This document shows, in pieces, positions 11,152 through 25,400 of a DNA stretch of 64,000 nt (positions within the stretch are counted from its first letter, which is position 1; each line of letters starts with the position of its first letter). This stretch comes from Balanoglossus misakiensis (taxonomy: Eukaryota > Animalia > Hemichordata). Position numbers and translations under genes: made by a program. The notes beneath the pieces are model-generated. The model worked only from the letters and a program-made list of their open reading frames with translations, was not told where the DNA came from and searched no databases. The stretch spans positions 9,365,129 to 9,429,128 of the forward strand of contig CM082576.2 of assembly GCA_040954595.2 (NCBI GenBank). Reading direction: 5' to 3'.

Positions 11152-13911
11152 TTTTTGAAACACTCTCCATCGCATCGCTCGACAATCGCGCGCCTAATTG
11201 TCCATGAACGGAATTTAAACAAAAAATGAACTTTGTTTTCCAAACGACAAAAAGCACATATGGCAATTTTGCATGTGGGCTAATCATTGCAGAGACGAGT
11301 AGGCGATCGATTGAGGGTATTCATAAAAGTCATCGAATTCTCTTGCGTCGTATCGCAAGACTTGGTTTCCAACATTTTGTATATAAATACCAACATTCTT
11401 CCAAAATTATGATATAGCAAGAACATAGCGACAGTCGTACATCCGAAGAGCGGAAACCAAAGTCCAGGCTATCTTTATGAACTGGTTAGGTCGTCTTGAC
11501 AACCGACAAAGTCCACGAATGTCGGCATCAGACAAAAAAAGACACAAACTAGCCAAGCGGTCGTGTCGACGACTTTGAAGTGGGTTTCCGGAATCGTGAG
11601 AGAACAGAGTTGTTTATCAAACGACCGAGTAAAGATCACCGGGGTGTTCTACCGCCGCTCGATATTACTCAGAAGTACGCATTTGTTTGAGGATTAAATT
11701 GACTTAGCATCGGGGTTTAAGGAACTTTGCATTTCCAAAATAGAAACACTGGGGGGAAATGAATGATTTTTTTCGAGGTGTGAAACATTGTGAAAAGTAC
11801 ACACAAACCTTGTACCGAATGGAACAGTAATTTCCTTAATCACGCGACTACGAACAATACAACTGACTGAAGGCAAATTAAATTAGGTTTTCTCACCACC
11901 AGGTAAGCTACGGGGAAAGGAGGGGGGGGGGTCAAGAGTGTGTGACGTGTCCGGCTATTCATGAAAGCGAGGTTTCACGCATGCGAATTTGGCCTTCAAA
12001 ACTGTTCGTTATTGTGATGATATTACATGTGTAACACATTACCCTGACAATTCAGGTGTGTTTGTTCTCTGATCGTGACTAAGAGCAGCAAAATCATCAT
12101 CCCTCGTAATATTGTGAATGTCAACTGACTTGAAATGGAAACAACCTCTACAATACAAGTAGAAATTATTTTTAAAAAATTAACCGTGAAATGTGGAATT
12201 ATATACAATACGGGAATATTATAAACATTTGTAAAAAAGATGGGTCAGACGCTTTCGGTACAGAAGAGAACCTTGAAACGTGACATGTGCACTGTGGCCG
12301 CGTTCACTCAATGTAATTCCAACCTTCCATTAATAAAGTACATTGTAGTTTTGTTAGAATTGTGGATTCATTGTGTGGGGGAAACTCAAGGGGAAACTCT
12401 TGCCCTGGGGCGGTTTTTACTTTTAATATTCTGGCGGATTGATACTACTGTATCGGTCAACGTCAACGAATACGCACCACGGGGAAAAATTGGAAACTAC
12501 TTAGGAAGTGCTTTCCTACAAACATGGAAAAGGATTCCGAACAACAATTCAATTATCAAATCTGCGTACATGTATGTAGAATACTAGTATGCTGACGTGA
12601 AGAACACTGGGCGTATTTGCATGCTGTAAAAACAACACGGTTCACATACAGAATGTAGTGCATGTACAAAGTCAAGTTTAAAGTTAAAGCTACTGTCCCT
12701 TTTATTTTCTTACAGTTTTTAAAATAATTAAATAAAACTTGAGAAACTTTATATTAAATTTCGTTGTATGATCCCACTAAGTACCGCAGACGTCAATCCA
12801 CACTCCACAAACAGGTCGTACACGGAGCAATTCCGGTGACAGCAAACGAGATGAAGGTACGATTAGAATCATCAAACACGGACCGGGGGTTATTGATTTA
12901 CTCGTATTTGGACATGTAGTGTGAAAAATAAATGCTTCGTGATGATGACGATAAGAAGATTGCAGTTTATGGAGGGACAGACAAACTGCATTCAAATAAC
13001 AGATGAGAGCAAGAGGGCGGCGATGGCGGAGCACAGCACTGAGCTTTGTACATGTACCTCTTTTACCAGGTATTTTGTTGTTTTACCGTATGTGTTTTGA
13101 TTGTTAACAGGGTTCCCAGACGGAGTACGTCACTGGCTGTTAAACGGCGTGGTATGTGGACGGATTAACAGAACAACGACCTCTTGTGACCAGACAGTGG
13201 CGGTGAAAAAAGGTGTTATTAGACCCCCCCCCCCCTTCCGCAAATACCGACTTTCTCCGATGGAACTATCAGCTTAACCAACGACCTGCGCGGCTGGTGC
13301 CGCAGACGATCAATCGGATCAGCACAACATTTATAAGATACATAAGATGCTTTGAATTAGTCAACCCTGATACACTAAAGGAGAAACCACACAATGTGGG
13401 TAAACTACGTCCGTGTTACGGAAGTGGAAGTGACTGCAAATAACGTCTTGCCAAAATTCACGGTGGTGTCGTACTGACACAAATATCCATGTGCACAAAG
13501 ATTGATTATTATGAATGAAAAATAATTTTGAGGTTTGACCCGTATGTCAGACACACGACATGTTGTAGAACTATCCCACATGGGGATTTACCATTTTCAA
13601 AATGCAAATGTAATGAAAGTTATACTATAATATTTGAATATATATCGAAAAGAGACAGTGATAATTCCTAAAGCTTCCATAGGAGTACATTTACATTAAA
13701 ACGTAAAGGGTGATTGAAGTGGAATATATTACACAAAAGCGAAATAAGGAGAAATACGATGACTAAGAGAGATGGACGTGGCAATGAAAGAAAAAAGTAT
13801 TGCCATATCCAAAATAACCAGGGAGAATCGGTATTCTTTTACGACAATCATGGAACGATATCATCATATCTCATGATGCATCCTCATCATCATGATCATT
13901 ATGATCATTAA

Positions 13912-14010
13912 CACCTCCACCACCACCACCTCCACCACCACCACCACCACCACCACCACCACCACCACCACCACCACCACCACCACCACCACCACCACCA
14001 TCATCATCAT
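13912..14010. repeat. (CAC)n microsatellite ending in (CAT)n
   Basis: About 30 CAC units with two early CTC interruptions, then CAT units. Degenerate (CAT)n precedes it from ~13861. Confidence 0.97.
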
Positions 14011-17000
14011 TGAAAAGGACCATCTACAACTCGGGAGGGGTATATGATATCAATAAAATCACAGTGGTATAAATTAGGCATAGAGTAGAATATTGCATTC
14101 ATGTTTTAATATTAACAACTTCCTTCCTCGCCTACAATCACTGTGACACCGCTTGGCGTTTGTAGAAATTAACATAATATTACAGTCACGTAACGCACAG
14201 TATATTTAGCCGCTGTGGCGGTTACACTAACGAGTATGTTTGCCAATGACGTCATGTTTTGGACAGTAAGCAACTTGTTTTCGCAAAAATTGACCATCGA
14301 TAACATTTTAAGAATGCAGCCCTTCTCGTCAAATCTCTTTGTATCTGAAATAAACTTTAACCGTGCAAACGATAACATAGCACGGTTCCTAAGCTAACGC
14401 TAGAGCGAGCAGACAGGCAGGCCAATCTATCTTCATGGAAATGTGTGCGGAACTGTCAGGATTCTCGATAACCAAAAGAGTCTGTTTGCTTTTTTAATAC
14501 CCACGAGTCCGCTTTTCGCATTAAATATCAATCCTTTACGTGATGCGCGCAATCAACACTCGGGAGGTATCTTCCACCCACCTTAGCCGCGTTGCCTCCG
14601 CGCGCGCGTACCGCGTCATATTGATCGTCGAGCACAGTTGTACGAAGCCCGAAATAAATTTCACGCGAACAGCTAATATCTAAGGCCCCAGTGCGAGTAA
14701 CTTTTAAACAGTTAGCAGAGGCAACCCCCAAATTCTCGCTGAAATAGAAGTGTATCCAAAACGGCGAGGTCACGGGGTTAAGCCCCTTGCTATTTTGATC
14801 GGATCTGTATGGGTTATACATTGCTTTCAAGTACCGGTGGCCACATTTTTGTGACAGGGTACATCAGCCAAAAAGACAGGGCTGTCGCGTCTCGAGTTGA
14901 ATTTTTCACAGTGTCAATTTTAAATGAATTCTTTGAACGGTAAAACAAATAATTTAGTCACCAGTGAATCGTGTTTAAGTGCAGACTGAGAAAATGTCAG
15001 ACCCAAACATATTCGCCACTAATTTACAGAGAATATGATTTTAATCGACGAAATCAGACCAATGAGGTATATAGTATAGTAAGTGTGCCGAAGCCACAGC
15101 GCCACATAATCATCACACGGTCGCTGACCAGCAGCTTGGCGATTCGTTTGCGACCCTCAAGTTGTGTCGAGTGTCAATTAATCGATTGGTTTGAAACGTG
15201 ACCGATTTTAAACAGTCGGCTGACAGTCGGCCGCCGCGACCTTGGCTTTACTCACCGACATTCTGCAAACCTTGCCATCATTGTCCGGCCAGGTCAACAC
15301 CAGACGACAAAAAAGAGAACACTCAGCGAGAGCTGTCCTTCTTCGATTCAGGCAACAAAACCAGATTTGCGTGGCTTGCATAAACAATTCCTAGTCATCT
15401 CACGTCTAGATCTGCCCCTGATCGGTACAGCTTCAAACGGCGTCGTTGTCAGCGATTAATGCAGGCCAGGTACTCTGGCCTCCTCCGGAACGACACACTC
15501 GCGAAAGCATGTGATTATGTGATAAGGGACATTCAAGTATTTGCACAACTCGATATTTTGACTCGTTAACAGAGGATCCTGTCAAAGAGCCGGCTGTAAA
15601 CATCGCAAAATATGGACTGTAAATTCCACGACTGCTAACCGAGTGTAAGGTTGGTTGCTCCGGCCCGCGCGCAAATACGTGACCGAAACGTCGCGATCGT
15701 GAATCTCCACACAAAAATCTAAGTCACATTAATGTTATTAAACTACTCGAGATGTAACACAGCGAATTCAAAATCCATTAACCATACTCGTGACTTTCAA
15801 GTGTTCACATTTGTCGTTACTTTGATGACCGTGAATAAGAGCTTTCACCCATAACCGAGCGACGCTTTGTACTTTTTTTCTGAAGGAGCGGCGGCTGTTC
15901 GTACCTTGCACAGACTGTTTCCCCGGTTCAGACGGGTGACTTTGGCACGCTTTACAACCTGGCATCTGTCGGTACATACCTGGATTTCTAATGTTATTGT
16001 TGCATTGAAGGACTTCTCGATGACACTCAAAGTAGGAGCGAATGATTGCGATAAATTCAAAACCAAACCCAAGAAAAATATCACAAATATCGCCTTCTGG
16101 CCACGAACTCATCAACAGGTGGGTCGAACAAACAACAGACACTACAGATAATTAGATTATAGACAATTAAGTCCGGCATTAATCGCGTACGTTGTCTGGT
16201 CTACACGGCTTAATTAAACGTCACAATCTGATTAGCTGATATTATTTAATTAGGTCCTGAATAAATTAAAGCTTCTGCGAAAAAAATATTTCGTATCTAT
16301 TTTGCAGTTACCCCTTTCCATCATTAATTCACAGCTAAAATACTCAGTAAGTGTAAAGTGGAAGGAGAAAATAATGGCGTCGACATGGCTCATAAAATTT
16401 CGTTTTTTATTCGGTTACTGGTACAGCACCCCGGAGCAACGGAGGGCGAAATCGAATGCTATAATCGTTCCGGGCATGCGCAGTGCTCGGTGTAACAGCA
16501 ACAAAACCCAACAGACAGAAACTATCTGTTCGAGACACAGTGAAATGATACATGAAGTCTCAGCGATCATGCGATTTGCCGGGGGCAGTTTCTGTTTATC
16601 TGAGCTTTCTTGAGGATTATAGAAAAAAAATGATGCGATTCACTCCATCAAGACGCCATATCCCGCCATGATTTAGAGGTCATTCTTATTTAAAGGGGTT
16701 AATCGTCAATTTCTGTGGGATGCGTGGGATTCGATAAATAACGTCGAAGATGAGCACGCACCCCCTGTAGATATGACACTACCGATCCAACTAGGGGGTC
16801 AGCACTCCAAACTGGATTTTAACTCGTTGACCTCAGCTGCCAACATACTCAACACGCCCGAAAACACTATAGGAATATTATCTTTCACAGGATATCAACA
16901 TTTTGAGATTTTTTAAATAGAATTTTGAACCCTCTGTCATTGTTTATGAATATATTAGATAACCATTTAAAATGGGGGCAACGGGCCACATCTTTTAGCG

Positions 17001-17511
17001 TTTGGTTTTGTGAAATTTCTGAGAGTGTTTCAAATTTTATTGGATAATTAATACTCGTAAATTGCAAATTAGCAATTGTAATGCACATGGTGATATTAAT
17101 CTATATTTCCCCTGTGTGACCAGATTGAACTGATTGAATCCTCAAATTTCTCGATAATTTAACATACTGTTACACTTGATGTCTGATTATGCAAATTGCT
17201 CTAACGATGCCCGTGAAAACCCATCATTACTATAACAATAGAAAATGGCTCGCCCCTTTACGTTCTCCGTAGGGGAGGGGTTCGTATATCGATCTGGTAA
17301 TTTGGTGACGCAGAAGCGAGTCGATGATATACGTGGTAGTACTGAGCATGTGAAAATCGGGTGATGTGTTGTCAATCTTCGCCTTGAAATCATACCTTGC
17401 ATCTTAAAAACGCATGCGTGAGGGAGTGACGTAATCCTCAAAGGTGCCTCTCAGGGCGGGGCATGGAGGGACTCTGATAGTTATAGCACATCCAGGTAGA
17501 ACGGAAGAAAT

Positions 17512-17557
17512 ACCAAACCAAACCAAACCAAACCAAACCAAACTAAACCAAACCAAA
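17512..17557. repeat. (AAACC)n pentanucleotide microsatellite
   Basis: About 9 units with one AAACT variant. Confidence 0.95.
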
Positions 17558-19254
17558 ACACGATAAAGTATGGCGATCACCCAAAGTTCAGTTGTCCAGC
17601 ATGTTCGAATCCGCTGCATCACAGAGAATTTACATTTCATCTGATTGGCGGGACCTTAAACAGATTACGCCACAGTGCTCTTCTTTGCCGATTTTCATGT
17701 CATACTAATTTAATAAAGATTCTTATAAATAACTACTTTGACTTGATGGACCTGTGCAGTCCGCGCGGAGAACAGAAAAGGATTCCGCTCAGACACTCGA
17801 GATCATTTTAATACGTTTCTTCAACCCCGTTAACATTTGCGCTTCGCGATGAAATCTGCTTGGCGCCGCAGCAGATCAGTAACTACACCCTGGGGACCGC
17901 AGACAAGACGCTACGGGGGTCGCTTGAAGACCCATCTCGCGAGTCGCACTTTTTTCTAATCAAGCAACCGGCCAAAAGAGGATATCTCGAAGAATTAGAC
18001 CAATTTGCTCGAGTGTGTTTGTCGGACTTGATTTGAGCGGACAAAGCTGTCGTGATTGCGTCCGTCCAATCACGTTAGTCAGAGAATTCGGCAGCGTTTA
18101 ATGTTTTGAAGGGCACGGGTTTCGGAGTCTTCCGATCTGAGTCACGAATGATGCGGCTACCGCCTTGGTGAACAGGTCAACATGACACCGTGACGATTAA
18201 CTTCCACATTCAATTTAGCTGAGTTTTTTGTCATGTTTGATATTAAAAGTCGCTGCAAATGACTCGGCGTCGATCGAAAGGAGAATAGAACTTAAAAAAT
18301 AGACTATTCTTGACAAAAGTTGATGTACATTCATGGACGTTTTACCAGAAGTATCACGTGACATTTTCATAAGTTAACTTCGATGATTCACCGGTATGTA
18401 GGACTGTGATAATATCCCAAAGTTCGAGTTACCGAGGCTTTAACGAATACAGGCATAAAACTAGAGGATGAAATTACGTGAGGGGCAAATATAACATTTA
18501 AATTAAACTGATCTCACCTGGTGAGCAGTCGTACGTGTCGGGGCTCCGAGTCCGAGCTTTGAACACTTTTCCTAATAACTCGTACGTGTCCGCCGTTCGT
18601 ATCCGTTTAACACTTGCCACACAAGTGGTTAGCCAATTTCACACAAGACTTGTTCTTGTCTAACTACCGTTTACACGAGATCGCCAGGAAGCTCAGAGAA
18701 GCACAGGTGAATAGCAATATTCCTTGTCGTCTGCGCTCGACTTCCCCGACGTAAAAGTCTATCCAAGGTATGCTTCGAGACGCATATCACCACCAAGCCG
18801 TGACCAGAATGTCTGTCTTCATACGCTGACTGAGATGATCTTCCTATAGACTGTAATTATCTGGGTTGAAGAACAAAAAATCAAAGAAACGATTTTTATC
18901 CCAGATATTGACTTGGAATGACGCCGTAAAGCGATATGGTGTCAATATAATACCATTGTCAGCTGAACAGGGTAAAGAATCAATACGAAAATGAAATCGT
19001 GACACGCTGGAAATCTTGCGCTGGAGGAAAGTTTCAAGAGAAAACACTTTCCAGATAATAAAAGTATGCTGTGCATTTTAGGTTGACCTTTCGGGGTTTA
19101 AAGGTACACGATTACCTCTAATTTAGATATGCCTGTACATGTATATGGTCAAAAGGCGTATCTAAATGCTCGAATGACCAGGTGGTGGCGCACTTTTTTT
19201 CGAGTGTGCCACCCATTGAAAATTGAAGCCCTAGAAGTTCATCTCGCGGAACAG

Positions 19255-19435
19255 CATGCATTAACACTGAAATAATCCCCCCCCCTCCACTTCATGTAAC
19301 AGGAAAACATTTTAAAAATACAAATAAAATTATGAAACTACTCCCTAGTAGTTTCATAATTTTATTTGTATTTTTAAAATGTTTTCCTGTTACATGAAGT
19401 GGAGGGGGGGGGGATTATTTCAGTGTTAATGCATG
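19255..19435. repeat. Near-perfect long palindrome (inverted duplication)
   Basis: The left arm 19255-19342 (88 bp) is the reverse complement of the right arm 19347-19435 (89 bp), with loop CCCT. The only difference is a C9 versus G10 homopolymer. Confidence 0.98.
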
Positions 19436-22400
19436 ACGTAAATCATTAGAGATATTCCTGAATAGGTATTTTCCCGACATTCCACGTTTTCGGTTGGGAT
19501 AAGCCTTGAAATTCACCCCGATTACGCCTTTGCCAAGATATTGCTATCACGCGGCAAATCTTTCAGAACTATGAAACGTTGTCGATGTCGATTTTCCCCA
19601 TGGGGCTGAAAGAGTGCCCACCAATGCGAGGCGCACGGTATACGGGGAGGAAGGGGGAGGGAAGACTTGCCCCGAAGCGCAGAGAGACAGTGACCAGATG
19701 GCAGATCGAAGGAGGCACTTAGGTCACCATGCACATTATCAGGATCTAATATTGTTGTGGAGATAGAGGTCACCGACCTTCATTTGGCGTTCTGATTGGA
19801 ATTATCCTGCGTGCGATTGAGGGTGTAATTACGCCACGATTAGGTTAAATACAGCACCAATGACAGAAGACAGACAGAGTTAAACAAATCAGGTGCAGAA
19901 GAAGAAAAAACGCGCGCACAGAATGCAATGACCATACAAATATATAGGCGGGCTTCTGTCGGCCGTTTAAGAAGAGTGTAATGGAAACCTCGAATGACTC
20001 CCTACAAGAGCCGTCTCATTTCACGCAGGCCGGTAAATCACCATACCTCACAGGTGCAATTTTGGTATTGGTTTACTTCGCCGACGGTGCTATGGCGGCT
20101 TGTAACCGTCAATCGCGCCTTGCAATCTCTTCGTCGTCTGGCGCGCGAGCGCACGAGTACGGCTTCTAGTTTTAATATCATCATGCGACTGGATTGAAGG
20201 AAAAATTTGCTTTATCTTTTGACTGGCGATGATGAAACGTAGTCCAGTGTCTGATAAACGATATTAAAACCCTAGGCAAAGTAATTTTCGGTACTTATTT
20301 TTTTTTCGTGGAGCCGCACGGCAAATATGGAGGTGCCTTTGATATGAGGCATGGCTGCCATCGGGGAAACAGAATGCGAACACCGAGCTCTCTTCTTATT
20401 CAGAAACAAATAATGGATTGTGTCTAATACTAGAAAGCGGGCTTCTAGGTATTCTTAGGGGCTCGGTCGGCTACGGTTTCTCTCGAATGCGCTTGTCAGA
20501 TTTCTTACCGCTGGTGAAATCGAAATGTATTACCGGCAAAGCTTTGTGGCCTTCTCTAAGACGGATGGGAATGACGGGAAAAACGTGCTCAATCGAATAA
20601 AATATTTCATTTTAACATGCGTACAATGCACGTGAGGGATACCATCTCTAGCACAAATTCAATCTTTTGGTCAAAGATTACAGTCTTTGTGTTACACGAT
20701 ATGAAACTGGTAATGTGTTCCGTAATCATGTCGTATGGCATTACATGTTGCATAAAACTATGTCAAAGATAATAACCCCTACCCACGAAAAGTGACCGTT
20801 TTAATGTCAAGTATGCATTTCTGGGTGATTAGTAGTTTGAATGTATGTAACTGCATATACTTTAATACGATGCACGTTAAACCTAAAACAACACGCTCCT
20901 CTAAAATCAGTTCTCACCAGAGAATTCTCAGCGGTGTGTAGTGATGCCGACAGAAAGTCTTATTTCTGGGCCGATTTTTATCACAGCAGAGATTAAACGC
21001 CTTCTTAGGCCGCTGAACCAGCCCAGCGATCATGATAAATCTACAAAAAATATTTTAAGCCCCCTTTTGCTCGGGGCGATCCGTTATATGCGACAAGCTC
21101 ACACCGCGAACGCACCTTTTGGCGAATTTTCCGATGATTTATTATGTATAACGGTGTCCATATATATTTCATGTCCGGCGCCGTTCTGTCCAACACAGGA
21201 GGCGCGTGTTGCTTTCTTTGGCAAGTGAAAGGTATACCTGATCGCCTTCTACCTGTATATGATTTTAAAACAAGTTCTAGTAACTTATTCTTCCGGTTAG
21301 TCAAGAAATGTATCTTTATCCGCATGGATCCCCCGGTTTACCTTGGATAATTTTAATTAATCACCTTCAATAATAAGAGCTTCTAGTTTTTATAACGACC
21401 GACCGATGGCCTACTGGAAACTCCCATATTCTGGACGAATCAAAGCATAGACTGTCTGTGGACACAGTGACCATATTAGACAGAGGAAAGGCTAAATTTT
21501 CTCGTACCAACGCATTTCAAACTGGCGGTAATACGCGAACTACATGTATATCTGCACTCTTTCGAGGTCCAGCGTAAGTCAGAGTCACTGACGATATAAA
21601 AACCAACAGGCTGTAATTTTCTCTAGATAAATTCGACCCTCTACATCGTGTGCGTACATCCTCTTTAAATTGTGTGATCGTCTCTCGTTGTTGTAATTTG
21701 ACTGCTTTATGTGTACTCTCATGTAAAACGTTCAGGCTATTAATGACGTCACCATACCCTCTACGTTTGTATAATCTTTCAGACTTGGGCGTAATGAACG
21801 ACTTAACATACAACGTATTTTCACAAGGAGAAAGGATGGCATTTCCTTCGATGGTATTATGCTCGTAAGGAATATAGATAATTAGACTCTATACGGGAGA
21901 ACAGAAACGAATCACCAAGGATAATTCCATCTTCAGAGGCAATTTACCGTACTTCGATATTTTATAAGACATTTCCAATATTACTTCTCATATCCACCCC
22001 GTAGGACACCGTCTAATGGTGAATGCAAAGCGGCGAAAACAAAACAAGTTTCTCGTGCCTCGGTGCATTGTTACTCTTGTCTTGCAGTTCAATGGTGACC
22101 CTTCAGTTATCAATACTTTACGAACACGTGACTGTGATTGAAACAGACCCACGGGGCTGGTGCATCGCGTTTCCGTGGCAACACAGTCAAGACCGATAAG
22201 CCCCATTCTATTTTTTCTACGGATAAATCTGGAATATTGGAAAAGGTGAATATCCAGAACGGCGCACGGCGAGCTTGTCAAGCAACCGATCATGGCCAGA
22301 AGCTATTTTTTTTTCTCCAAAATATTCAAGGTTACTCCATGTGATATTACATTTCCCTGATCATTATATCGGATGAATCTTTACATATATATTTTAAAAG

Positions 22401-25400
22401 CAGCCAGGGATATGAAAGCTTATCCCCAAGGCGGCTCTAGTCGCTCTCTTGTTTCCGGGATCATGTCAGACTCTGTGGGCGTGTCCCATCTTGTAAACGG
22501 AATCCGGATTATCATTGGATGGCGAATATCCCGGGGTAATTTCGGTATTATATCGGCCCGAAAATGCAATGATTGTGCCGCGGCAGCTTACTTAATATTT
22601 ATAGAGTATATTTCGCATCGACCTGTTCAGTAGATAGCAAAATATACATGTATGGATTCGTGTCACAAAGTAGCTAGTAGATGCTTTCGACTTTTCTTTC
22701 AGTATTTACTTCTAAACCGTGATGCAGTATATCACAGTCCCTCAGTATATATATATGTAGCTTAATCAACACTGTCGACGTGGCATGCATTCAGCATGTC
22801 TTCTTGGAGCGTCGGTCCGTTCGTTTCTTGGTTTCGAATGAAATAATCTTATTTATGACCGAACAGCGATTTCTGCGTACCTCGGAATCCAAGGTATGAA
22901 AAATCTCGCGCGAAGTGGACTGGCCTCATGTAAAGGTGAAGAATTACACGGCATTTAAGTCACACACGCACGATACCATAGATACCATCGATCGTAAATC
23001 TGCTCCCTCTTTATTATCACTTAAGCATGCTAGCATTTCCTTTCCTCAAAACAGATCCAGTGCGTCGCTCGTGAACACATTTATTGCAAGAACGGGCGGC
23101 CGTCGCTCTGACAGTGATTGAAAGAAGGCGATCGCTGCAATTTCACTCTTTTGATCTGCCGCACAATGGGAAATACACATTTTCGTATAAATATGTGTTT
23201 TAATACCAGAACGTGCGTGGTTCCCAACAGTGCTTCTGTTACTCATGGCAACGGCATATTACAGATGCACTCTAGTTGTTTTGCAACGGAGTGAATTCAT
23301 AATGTTGGCGGCGTCAGTCGTGGAAATGCCAAATTGGATTTTTGTTTCTCCGTCGAGGGAATGTCTAAAAAAATTGACCGGCCAGTAATGTGACGAATTT
23401 GTAAGCTTTGGTGTGTTGTGATTACATGTCGTCTGCTGAGTTTCTCTGTGTTGGAAGAAGGCGCCAACTATTTTTCGTGTTTTATATTTTTCGTATATTG
23501 TCACGTATTCAAACTTGCGCGTCAATGTGTCCTGGTTGAAGAAACCCCGGCGCGTGTGTCACAGCATCGATCTGCAACTTCAGACCTGTCTGCAGTCCAG
23601 TTTAGAATTACCTCTACCAATCGATCAAAACGCTGTGCGGCAACTTTCTTGCATGTGTTTAAAACAAAATAGGCGCATGCATCTCGGCTGTCAACGCAGG
23701 CGGGTGCGATATGGGACGAGGCTGCGATGATGCACACGTGATCTGCAGCGCTGACAGAGTTTTCATTCACAAGTGGTCCATTTAAAAAGGAAGCCCTCAA
23801 GGCTAATGCAATGATCGATGGGTTCGTGACGGTTTCGATTGATTGATTTATATGTTTTATTGCATAAGCATAAGTGATTGTGCGTCCGCACGACAATTTC
23901 TAATCAATTAAATTCCTCTGGAATGGCACATAAAAACAATTCTTGTCTCCTGGTGAGCGTTTGATAAGCCGTCATCATCGTCTAAAATTCTACCGTATGG
24001 ATTTATTGCTCCTCGAGCAAGAGGAGTTTTAATTTCTGTATCCAGGATGAAATGTAAACATTTCACTGCCGTTTTTCAAACATTTGCTCTTTATGATGGC
24101 CTCTCCGATTTTGTGGACGGTACGACTGCTTACGTCGTTACAACACAAACCGATCGCCCGGCAACACAGCGCCCCCACTTTCTGTCTGACGTTTGGAACT
24201 GTTGCAGCAGTATACGTAGACCTTTTGACCGTGACATATTTTAAAGTAAAAAACACCAAAAAAGTGTGAATTAAAAGTAAAACTAATAGCGCATGTCCCT
24301 GGATATGTCGGCACTTTTAAGAATATCGGAAGCTAATTATTCCCCCGCACAAACAGTGGAAATTTTAATATTCGACTTTGACAAGGCACTTCAACACAGC
24401 AGAAGAAAAGAATGCAAATTAATTGAAAGTATTGTATGTGTATAACATTAATGAAACATATATCCGTATTCCGGCAAGTGTTCGAATGTACTGAATGAGA
24501 TACCGCATTCACAAAGATTCATTTCCTAAAAAACTACTTACTTGCCGCGGAATCATTTAATGTGAGAAATGCATATATCAATAAAAAATGAATTAATGGA
24601 CTGTCCGTATGCAACCAATTTTGATTCAACGTTGACAAATCAATTAGATTCGCTGCGAAGACGTCGACCATAGCAGTGTACTTTGGAAGTGGGTCGAAAT
24701 TAATTCGAATCCAATTACGTCGGTCGAAAGAAACAGGTAGAATGCATGATGTCCAGCCACGTGTCCACTGCGAGCACCCGCTCATCTATTTTGGGATTTG
24801 CACATTCATGGTACTACTAGGAATTTTGACAGTTTTACACCTTATTACGCAACGCTTGCAATATATTCTGCATTCGACCCCAAAAGTTCTCCCAATTCAA
24901 CACCTCATAAAAAATGAAATTTACCACACAAATCCCACGTGTTCGTTGTACGCTAGTAGTACAGTTAATAACTTTAGCAGCGTTAGTGGTATACATTATA
25001 CCAATAGATGCACAAACTCTCGGCCAACATGATTTTAATATTCAAATTCGGTATCATGTCAGTGTGATGCTTGTTACACAGCAGACTATACCCTGACCGT
25101 TACGCGCCAAAACAACAAGGACTCCCCAAACGACACTGCTAGTATTAAAAATTATAGTTCCCAGTTAGGTCGAAGTTGCAAATATTCAAACTATATTGCA
25201 GAAAGACGTCGGCAAATTCTATTTTCGTGGGGGGTTTTTTTGCTACTTTATTCACGTGACCCAGTCATCATTTTATTGATCACCTACTCAAAATATATTT
25301 CCGTTTCGTGTGAATTTCCGAAATATAGTTACGTATAAATCAGGTATGCCGCGTGATATTTGACTCACAGCATCCCCGGATGCAAAACTGTAAACTTTAT

